Positions 1-6,934 of a DNA stretch of 44,126 nucleotides are shown here, piece after piece. Every line of letters starts with the position of its first letter. Position 1 is the stretch's first letter. A model generated the notes under the pieces. It worked only from the letters and a program-made list of their open reading frames with translations, did not search any database and had not been told where the DNA came from. The DNA lies in NCBI GenBank assembly GCA_001788565.1, contig MGCX01000043.1, positions 1-44,126 of the forward strand, given 5' to 3'. This DNA comes from Candidatus Saccharibacteria bacterium RIFCSPHIGHO2_12_FULL_49_19. GTDB lineage: Bacteria > Patescibacteriota > Saccharimonadia > Saccharimonadales > UBA10212. The position numbers and the translations under genes are program-made.

Positions 1-35
1 AGTGGATATTTATAGCATAAGCGGAGGGTTCGAAA

Positions 36-455
36 ATGGAAGTTGAGGTTAATTGGCTGGGCGTCGGCTCCGCCACGCTGACCAGTATGTTAGTGGGCTG
101 GGCTTGGTATTCCAAGCCGGTCTTTGGCGACATATGGACGAAGATCGTTAAGCTGGACGACAAAAAGAGCCGAGAGGCCGCCCCTAAGGCTCTAATTGCC
201 GCTCTTTTGATGAGTGCGGTCACGGCCTACGTCTTAGCACATGTTACCTACCTGTCCTTTATCTTTTTTGATGTTTCATACCTTAACGCCGCCCTGACAA
301 CAGCTTTCTGGCTGTGGCTGGGGCTGGTAGCCACCCGCTTTATTGTCCATGATGCTTTTGAAATGAGACCGCCCAAGCTTACTTATCTGAACATCGGCAA
401 CGAACTGGTGACTCTACTAGCCATGGGTCTCGCTATCGGCTGGATCGGCCTCTAG
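36..455 (+). CDS. DUF1761-family small integral membrane protein
   Basis: 139-aa ORF with several hydrophobic helices. N-terminal GWAWYSKPVFGDIW motif is typical of DUF1761. GGAGGG Shine-Dalgarno lies 8 nt upstream of the ATG. Confidence 0.6.
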   Translation: MEVEVNWLGVGSATLTSMLVGWAWYSKPVFGDIWTKIVKLDDKKSREAAPKALIAALLMSAVTAYVLAHVTYLSFIFFDVSYLNAALTTAFWLWLGLVATRFIVHDAFEMRPPKLTYLNIGNELVTLLAMGLAIGWIGL

Positions 456-1808
456 GCTCAGGTCACCGTTTTCGTCTCCTAGCTTAAGCCAGCCATTGTA
501 ACCAAGCTGCCTAAGCATTTCAGCTAATGGAGGCGGGTTGCTGAGTCGTTTTTCTAGTTCCTGAATCTCCCCTAAGAAACCAGGAGGAAAAGCATGTTGT
601 GCGTACTCCTCTTCGTAATCGAGGTAAACTACTTTTTTCATAAGCGTATTACCCATTTTGACTAGGACCTTGTCAGGCCGTCGTGGACTATCAGACTTCA
701 AGTTTCTTAAGTAGTCCACTCTAGGAAAAACATAGTAGAAGCACTCCAACTCGCGTGCCTTAGCCTCGATGCTCTCCCAAGATAATTGTGGATCAAATGT
801 CTGGATTGCTCTTACTAAATCCGAAGCTCTTTGACCGGTCCTGACTAGCTCCACTTTTAGGCCTCTTTTTATATGGGGTAGCAAGGATTCCAATAAATTA
901 TATGTCTCATAGCGCACGAGCACATCGGCGACTGAACTGGCACTTATGAAAAGTCCGGGATGTACCGTGTCTTCATCTATGGCACTTTCTAGTTCAGTTA
1001 GCCTAAACACCAAAGTATCCCGCACCGCTTCTTTGTATGAACTCATACCGCCAAATTTATCTCGCACTGCCTTGGCCGATGGGCCGTGATGTCGTGCAGA
1101 CAAGATGTCCATTCTGGGTCGGTCGGGTAGGCGCATCCCGTTTACCATTGCATAGTCAGCACCCCAGTTCAGATATTGGTGGTCTTCCCAGAACGCGACA
1201 TCAAGAAACCCTAAATGCTCAAGTGCCTTATTGACTCTAATCTTCCGGTTTATTGTTCGGCGCGGGATTTCATCCTTTTTCTCAACCTGAATACGGCGTA
1301 GTAATATATTATTCGTTGGTTTCTGGCCCTCTTCCTCCGTTACCTTTTGCAGGTGATCGATAATGTCCTCAATTGAATAGTGAGAAAATCTATTTCTTAC
1401 GTCCACACCGTATAAACCCACAGCTCGCTGTAACTCTCTCAGCGAGCCGAACATACCAAGTTTCCTTATATGATGTTCGCTTGCAAGAAGGTCTAGAGCA
1501 ATCGCCCTTCTGGCGATATGCAGCCGTAGTGATTTGGCTGAGTTTCCCTTTTTCATAAGGCTACTGATAAATTGAGCCTCGGCGAGTACTTCCTCCCTAG
1601 ACTCTTCTCTATAATGCCTGGCTTTAGGCAAATCAATAGACTTATCGTCGAGGACCTCCGCTAAGGGCATAATATCCAGCGGGTGGCCTCCGCTCTCTAT
1701 ATGAAGATCTATAGCCGCTCTACCAACGAGAGTATCTCCACTAGTGATATCCACCCAATGCCTGTTATCACGGGAGTCAGCAGATGACTCTTTTTCAACT
1801 GAACTCAT
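417..1808 (-). CDS. hypothetical protein (orphan, helical, with homing-endonuclease-associated-repeat-like units)
   Basis: Long 463-aa ORF with no catalytic motif recognised. Units such as GPSAKAVRDKFGGMSSYKEAV resemble the HNH-associated repeat pattern. A TATACT -10 box lies 10 nt upstream of the ATG. Confidence 0.5.
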   Translation of the reverse strand: MSSVEKESSADSRDNRHWVDITSGDTLVGRAAIDLHIESGGHPLDIMPLAEVLDDKSIDLPKARHYREESREEVLAEAQFISSLMKKGNSAKSLRLHIARRAIALDLLASEHHIRKLGMFGSLRELQRAVGLYGVDVRNRFSHYSIEDIIDHLQKVTEEEGQKPTNNILLRRIQVEKKDEIPRRTINRKIRVNKALEHLGFLDVAFWEDHQYLNWGADYAMVNGMRLPDRPRMDILSARHHGPSAKAVRDKFGGMSSYKEAVRDTLVFRLTELESAIDEDTVHPGLFISASSVADVLVRYETYNLLESLLPHIKRGLKVELVRTGQRASDLVRAIQTFDPQLSWESIEAKARELECFYYVFPRVDYLRNLKSDSPRRPDKVLVKMGNTLMKKVVYLDYEEEYAQHAFPPGFLGEIQELEKRLSNPPPLAEMLRQLGYNGWLKLGDENGDLSLEADPADSETHG

Positions 1809-1880
1809 CTCTATAAAAAGTATACTAGAAACATCATGTAGCTAAAAAGGCAAAAAGAGGTCAGAAAAGAGCGCTATATA

Positions 1881-2729
1881 ATGGATAGTATGAAGGGGTC
1901 AGATACAGTTGAGCTTAATTCGGGTCTGGAGATACCGGCGATTGGGTTCGGGACGTGGAATATTCATGGCCGCGAAGCCGTAAGCTCAGTCGGAACAGCT
2001 CTGGATGCAGGGTACCGTTTGGTTGATACTGCCCGGATTTACGGTAACGAGCGGGAAGTAGGGCAAGCTGTTGGGCAAAGCAAAGTACCGCGCGGTGACA
2101 TTTTCGTGACTACCAAACTTTGGACCAGTGACCAGGGCCATAAGAACGCCTTATCAGCTTTTGATGAAAGTCTTGAACGGCTGGAGCTGGATTACATCGA
2201 TTTATACCTAATTCACTGGCCGGGGCATGACACGCAAAGGAGACTGGACTCCTGGCACGCTCTGGAAGAGATTCACGGCTCTGGAAGAGCCAAATCCATA
2301 GGGGTCTCCAACTTTACGCCTGAGCATCTTAGGGAGCTGGCCAAACATAGTAAGATAACACCGGCGGTTAACCAGATTGAATTTCATCCTTTTATCTATG
2401 ACCGGCAGATTCCGACACTGCAGTACTGCAAATCCCGTAGTATCGCTGTAGAAGCCTACAGCCCGCTGTCAATGGGCAAGCATATTAATAACTCCACCAT
2501 CTCAACAGTCGCTGAGCAGGTAAAAAGAACCAATGCCCAGGTAATGCTTAGGTGGGCAATTCAGCACAGCACAGTTCCGATACCCAAGTCGGCTCACGCA
2601 GAGCGTATCAGGGAAAATTTAGGGGTGTTTGATTTTGAGCTCACCAGTAAGCAGATGCATGCCCTCGACGCTCTAAGCGGTCATGACGGCAAAAGTACAT
2701 TACCTTTTTATGTGCGGCTGTTAGAATAG
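1881..2729 (+). CDS. aldo/keto reductase (2,5-diketo-D-gluconate reductase-like)
   Basis: AKR signatures GFGTW, LVDTARIYGNE, LYLIHWP and IPKS. Length is 282 aa. An alternative in-frame ATG is at 1890. Confidence 0.85.
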   Translation: MDSMKGSDTVELNSGLEIPAIGFGTWNIHGREAVSSVGTALDAGYRLVDTARIYGNEREVGQAVGQSKVPRGDIFVTTKLWTSDQGHKNALSAFDESLERLELDYIDLYLIHWPGHDTQRRLDSWHALEEIHGSGRAKSIGVSNFTPEHLRELAKHSKITPAVNQIEFHPFIYDRQIPTLQYCKSRSIAVEAYSPLSMGKHINNSTISTVAEQVKRTNAQVMLRWAIQHSTVPIPKSAHAERIRENLGVFDFELTSKQMHALDALSGHDGKSTLPFYVRLLE

Positions 2730-2734
2730 GGGCA

Positions 2735-4006
2735 ATGCAAGAAGACGCCATTGGCGCAAAAGTTGGCTTTCCTAAGGGATTTATGTGGGGAGCCTCAACT
2801 TCCGCTCATCAGGTAGAAGGGGGCAACCACAACCACTGGACGGTATGGGAGCTGGCACACGCCGCCGAGCTAGCCAAAACCGCCCAGAAACGATATGGGC
2901 ATTTGATAGATTGGGAGGAAATCAAAACTAAGGTAACAAATCCCTCCAACTATATTTCGGGCCGCGGCGTCGACCACTATAAACGTTATGAGGATGACTT
3001 TAAGGTGCTCAAACAGCTTAACCTTAACTCGTACCGCTTCTGTATTGAGTGGTCCCGGCTGGAACCCGAAGAAGGCAAGTGGAATCAATCGGCCATAGAC
3101 CACTACCGGGAATATATCGAGAAACTGATAGAGATGGATATCGAACCGGTTCTTAATATCTGGCACTGGACCATGCCGGTTTGGTTCACCAACAAAGGCG
3201 CCTTCGCCAAGTACTCTAACATCAAATATTTTGACCGATTGGTGCAAAAAATCGCTGATGAGTATGGTCACCAGCTCAAATACGTCATCACCCTAAATGA
3301 GCCCAATGTCTATACTAGCTTTAGCTATTTGATTGGATTATGGCCCCCACAGGAGAAAAGCTGGTTCAACGGCCTGCAAGTTTACTGGAATTTGGTACAA
3401 GCCCACCGACGGGCATACAAGATACTTAAAAAAGCTCATCCCCATCTGCAGATAGGTATCGCCACCCAGCTGGCCAACATTCAGGCTAAACGGCCCCATA
3501 ACCTCTTTGACGAGCTGTCCACCAAGATCATGCGCTACGGCTGGAACTGGTGGTTTTTGACCCGCATCCGCCGCTATCAGGATTTTGTGGGCTGTAACTA
3601 CTACTTTACCGACCACTACACCGGATTAATGAAGCGGATTAATCCCAAAACGCCACTATCAGATTTGGGCTGGTATATGGAGCCGGAAGGGTTATATCCG
3701 ATACTTCTACGAGCTTGGGCACACTATAAAAAGCCGATTATCGTGACCGAGAACGGAGTGGCCGACGCTAAAGACGAACATCGGCGCTGGTGGCTGGAGG
3801 AGTCAATCATCGCCATGGAAAGGACTATCAGCGAGGGCGTTGAGATCAAAGGCTACTTCCACTGGAGTTTACTGGATAACTTTGAGTGGGCCGACGGCTG
3901 GTGGCCCAAGTTCGGTCTGGTGGCCGTGGACAGGGAGCATGGTATGAGACGGACTGTGCGCCCCAGCGCCAAGTGGTTCGCCGCCAAAATAAAAAGCCTT
4001 TCCTAG
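2735..4006 (+). CDS. glycoside hydrolase family 1 beta-glucosidase
   Basis: TSAHQVEGG, ITLNEPN (acid/base Glu), IVTENG (nucleophile Glu) and FHWSLLDNFEW. It starts 5 nt after the AKR stop. Confidence 0.9.
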   Translation: MQEDAIGAKVGFPKGFMWGASTSAHQVEGGNHNHWTVWELAHAAELAKTAQKRYGHLIDWEEIKTKVTNPSNYISGRGVDHYKRYEDDFKVLKQLNLNSYRFCIEWSRLEPEEGKWNQSAIDHYREYIEKLIEMDIEPVLNIWHWTMPVWFTNKGAFAKYSNIKYFDRLVQKIADEYGHQLKYVITLNEPNVYTSFSYLIGLWPPQEKSWFNGLQVYWNLVQAHRRAYKILKKAHPHLQIGIATQLANIQAKRPHNLFDELSTKIMRYGWNWWFLTRIRRYQDFVGCNYYFTDHYTGLMKRINPKTPLSDLGWYMEPEGLYPILLRAWAHYKKPIIVTENGVADAKDEHRRWWLEESIIAMERTISEGVEIKGYFHWSLLDNFEWADGWWPKFGLVAVDREHGMRRTVRPSAKWFAAKIKSLS

Positions 4007-4007
4007 C

Positions 4008-4088
4008 TAGGGTTGTAGGGGTGTAGGGTTGCAGTTCCGGTATGGCTGACTTATTATCTATTACCCTCTAACCCTAAAACCCTGTTCT
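4008..4088 (+). repeat. GGGTT/AACCCT palindromic intergenic element, copy A (terminator-like)
   Basis: The 5' arm TAGGGTTGTAGGGGTGTAGGGTTGCAG pairs with the 3' arm TACCCTCTAACCCTAAAACCCT and ends in CCCTGTTCT. It lies directly after the GH1 stop. It is related to the sequence at 17075-17140. Confidence 0.6.
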
Positions 4089-4097
4089 CATATAAGC

Positions 4098-4126
4098 TTG
4101 ACCATTTTAACAATCTGTGTTAGTAT
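4098..4126 (+). promoter_or_regulatory. sigma70-type promoter (TTGACC-17 nt-TAGTAT) giving a near-leaderless mRNA
   Basis: -35 at 4098-4103 and -10 at 4121-4126. The ATG at 4136 is only 9 nt downstream and has no SD. Confidence 0.5.
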
Positions 4127-4135
4127 ATACAGGTT

Positions 4136-4513
4136 ATGCAAAGACAAACAACGGACACACCACCTCAACTTTTATCACCCCTTGATCGACCTCTCGACAG
4201 AGCGTCTGTGGACACTCGCATGAAGAGCGACTTAGCTGTCGAGGGTCCAGGCAGAGTAACCCCCCGACTGTTTAGCCTGGAAGACGACTCTCAAGAACAA
4301 GGAAAGGGCTTTTTCACTAAGGGCAAAATCTTAGGCGCTGCAGTCTTAGCCGCCATAGGCTTGGGAATCTCCCAGACGGACGTATTTAGAAATGCTAATT
4401 CGCCGAACGGGCGGGCAATACCCATGCACCCAGTCAAACGAGGAAATGCTAATGGTATCCAGGGTGGCGTCTACACTTCTGAACAGGGCAACACTCCAGC
4501 TAAAAACCCTTAG
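4136..4513 (+). CDS. hypothetical small membrane protein
   Basis: 125-aa ORF with one central hydrophobic helix (ILGAAVLAAIGLGI). It has its own promoter and terminator. Confidence 0.45.
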   Translation: MQRQTTDTPPQLLSPLDRPLDRASVDTRMKSDLAVEGPGRVTPRLFSLEDDSQEQGKGFFTKGKILGAAVLAAIGLGISQTDVFRNANSPNGRAIPMHPVKRGNANGIQGGVYTSEQGNTPAKNP

Positions 4514-4590
4514 TAACTATAGTGGTCTGCGTCAACAGCCAAACACCATATATTGTGGATAATCTCTAAGAAGTAACAAATTGTGGAAAA

Positions 4591-4618
4591 GTCTCCGCGC
4601 CAACGGAGGCTTTTCTTT
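4591..4618 (+). terminator. rho-independent terminator
   Basis: 7-bp stem GTCTCCG/CGGAGGC with a 6-nt loop, followed by TTTTCTTT. Confidence 0.6.
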
Positions 4619-4628
4619 ATAAAACCTC

Positions 4629-4681
4629 TTGTCGTGGGTCATTGTGGGTAGTACTATGCATGTTAGTGGGTAACAGTGGGT
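4629..4681 (+). promoter_or_regulatory. mraZ/dcw promoter with four GTGGGT direct repeats (putative MraZ operator)
   Basis: TTGTCG (4629-4634), 17-nt spacer, TACTAT (4652-4657). GTGGGT occurs at 4634, 4644, 4666 and 4676, as two pairs with 10-bp phasing. Confidence 0.55.
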
Positions 4682-4734
4682 AGAGCAAAATAGTCTATCC
4701 GCACAAAATAAAAACCACTAGCAGATCCACAACT

Positions 4735-5097
4735 ATGGGAGACTACTTCGAACGTAAACTAGATGACAAGCGGAGGCTGACAGTTCCAGCCGAGCTTCGC
4801 ATGGAATTTACCAGCGGGGTAGTGGTGACTCAGGGATTTGGGAAATATCTGCACCTATACCCAAAGTCTGTCTGGGACGAACAGGTTGAGCCGGGGCTTC
4901 AAGGAAACATCCTTGATGAGCTAACCGCCGACCTCAACGTGCGTTTCCGGATGGGCAAGGTAGAGAGCGTGATAGACGGCAAACAGGGCCGAGTCACGCT
5001 GGAACAGCATCTCTTAGACTACGCCGGCATTAGCCGCGAAGTCGTAGCGGTGCGGGCGGGACGGTACTGGCGTCTGTCAGCCAAGCCAAGGGTATAG
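4735..5097 (+). CDS. mraZ: transcriptional regulator MraZ (short form)
   Basis: Two SpoVT/AbrB-type half-domains (DDKRRLTVPAELR and DGKQGRVTLEQHL). It sits at the head of the dcw cluster. Confidence 0.85.
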   Translation: MGDYFERKLDDKRRLTVPAELRMEFTSGVVVTQGFGKYLHLYPKSVWDEQVEPGLQGNILDELTADLNVRFRMGKVESVIDGKQGRVTLEQHLLDYAGISREVVAVRAGRYWRLSAKPRV

Positions 5098-5533
5098 AAC
5101 AGTCGAAACCTTAACAATCTGGTTTAGCAAGCCATTAGACACCTCACCTGAGGTTTCTCATCGCGCGGGCGCGGAATAAATCCGACGCTAGGGCTGCGTT
5201 TCCCGAGAAATCTAGAAGGAACGGTTAGCTCAAGATCAGCTAATTGGCAGTCAGCCGGTGGACTCATAAGGGTAACCACCGTTAAAAAACCTTAGCACCT
5301 TTTCTTTTGTAACACCTCCCAAAACTCCACCTCACTAAAAAGTCTCTCACAAGAACTTTTAAGGAACGAAAAAGCAAGAATCTCTCACCTCGGTGAGACA
5401 AAAACTCGCGCTTCTTCGCTTCCTTTTACTCCGAGTACTGCTCTCGGAGCAAACAAAAACAAAAAACCCCCAAAAACAAAAAGCTGGCTGCTGATTAGGT
5501 GACCTTGACACCAAAACAAACACAAAAACAAAA

Positions 5534-6412
5534 ATGCCAAAATCGTCACCTCACGTGGCGGTGCTCACACACGAAGTATTGCGTCTGCTGTCTCCGAATG
5601 CCGGAGACAGTTATCTGGATGTGACTGCCGGTTACGGCGGACACGCCCAGGCAGTCCTGCAAAGTACCAAAGCGCCGCTAAAAGCCGTTTTGATTGATCG
5701 TGACCGTCGAGCCGCAGACTATCTCAAGCAGAAGTTTGCCGGTTCCGGGGCGAAAGTCATCAAGAGCGACTTTTTATCTGCCAGCCGGCAGTTGGCGAGG
5801 CAGGGAAAGACCTTCAATTTAATTTTGGCCGATTTGGGTGTTAGTTCACCGCACCTTGACGACGCCCGACGAGGCTTTTCGTTCGAAAAACCGGGGCCCC
5901 TGGATATGCGAATGGACCAAAACCAGGTCCTGACCGCAGCTCAGATAGTAAATGAGTGGGACGGGCCCGAGCTGTCAGCAGTTATTGCCCGCTATGGCGA
6001 GGAACCCAGAGCGGCTCACATAGCCGAAGCCATTATCGCTTCTCGACCGGTAGGCGATACCAGACAGCTGGCCCGAATCGTTGCCGCGGTCATGCCAAGG
6101 CGCCAAAAGCTTCATCCGGCCACCAAAACCTTCCAGGGCTTGAGAATTGCCGTTAACGCCGAGCTGGTCCAGCTGGAGGAATCTCTGCCTATCTGGCTGG
6201 GACTCTTGACCCCCGGCGGCCGTATGGCCGTGATCAGCTTCCATAGCCTGGAGGACCGTATCGTAAAGCATTTTTTTGCTCAATTCGGCGGCAATACCTA
6301 CGATGCCGAGCTGACCGTCCTAACACCCAAGCCAGTCACCGCTAAACCAGACGAAATAGTGCATAATCCGCGAGCTCGCAGCGCAAAACTTCGAGCTTGC
6401 CAGCGAAAATAA
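5534..6412 (+). CDS. rsmH: 16S rRNA (cytosine1402-N4)-methyltransferase RsmH
   Basis: HVAVL..EVL, YLDVTAGYGGHA, LADLGVSSPHLD and ISFHSLEDRIVK. Confidence 0.92.
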   Translation: MPKSSPHVAVLTHEVLRLLSPNAGDSYLDVTAGYGGHAQAVLQSTKAPLKAVLIDRDRRAADYLKQKFAGSGAKVIKSDFLSASRQLARQGKTFNLILADLGVSSPHLDDARRGFSFEKPGPLDMRMDQNQVLTAAQIVNEWDGPELSAVIARYGEEPRAAHIAEAIIASRPVGDTRQLARIVAAVMPRRQKLHPATKTFQGLRIAVNAELVQLEESLPIWLGLLTPGGRMAVISFHSLEDRIVKHFFAQFGGNTYDAELTVLTPKPVTAKPDEIVHNPRARSAKLRACQRK

Positions 6413-6524
6413 AAACAAAAAGAGAGGAAAAACAAAAATCTGATGCCAATTAAGGTACAGAGTACATCCCGCGCATACAAAGTACACGTTAGAGTATTGT
6501 AACGAGTGATTTGAAGGGAAGAAC

Positions 6525-6556
6525 GGTGTATCAGCCGGTATGCAGGCTGATACACC
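6525..6556 (+). other. perfect 12-bp stem-loop in the rsmH-ftsL spacer
   Basis: GGTGTATCAGCC, loop ggtatgca, GGCTGATACACC. No T-run follows. Confidence 0.6.
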
Positions 6557-6573
6557 ACCAAGAAAACAAAAAT

Positions 6574-6918
6574 ATGACATACTCAAGCTCAGTTGCCACC
6601 CAATCCCGTCCACAAGTTCGACGTAATCAAAATTCCGTAGCTTTTGGAGCTGCTGCAAAAAGTTTGGGTCCGGTAAGTAACACCATCATCCTACTTTTTC
6701 TATTCGCGCTTATTGGTTTGCTCTATCTTACGCAAGTTACTAAGACCAATAGCTTCGGCTATAGCATAAATGAACTTCGTCAGCAGCGGTCTCAACTGCA
6801 GGACGAAAAAGCCGACTTAGAGATAGCCTCTGCTCGCTTACGATCACTTGATCGTGTTGCCCAGAGCGAGGTCGCCAAGTCACTGGTTCCAACAACACCG
6901 ACCGGAACAGTTCAATAG
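6574..6918 (+). CDS. ftsL: cell division protein FtsL-like
   Basis: Single TM (IILLFLFALIGLLYL) followed by a coiled coil (LRQQRSQLQDEKADLEIASARL). It lies between rsmH and ftsI. ATG 6574 is preferred over the track start TTG 6511, which would read through the hairpin. Confidence 0.6.
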   Translation: MTYSSSVATQSRPQVRRNQNSVAFGAAAKSLGPVSNTIILLFLFALIGLLYLTQVTKTNSFGYSINELRQQRSQLQDEKADLEIASARLRSLDRVAQSEVAKSLVPTTPTGTVQ

Positions 6919-6934
6919 CTATGAAGGGTGAGTA

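Noticed and set aside
2870-3616. Antisense ORFs inside the GH1 gene (2870..3271 and 3338..3616). Similar shadow ORFs lie inside ftsI, mraY, ftsW, murG, ftsQ, the VirD4-like gene, topA, dprA, der, HK, gltX, sortase and others.
   Set aside because: Each lies wholly within, and opposite or out of frame to, a longer ORF with clear family motifs. They have no start context, and their compositions are typical of shadow frames.
4061-4085. Telomere-like CCCTAA / CCCTAAAA repeats (TACCCTCTAACCCTAAAACCCT).
   Set aside because: There are only three irregular units, and they form the 3' arm of a hairpin complementary to the upstream GGGTT tracts. The element is internal, sits after a stop codon, and recurs at 17.1 kb. 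It is a palindromic intergenic element, not a chromosome end.
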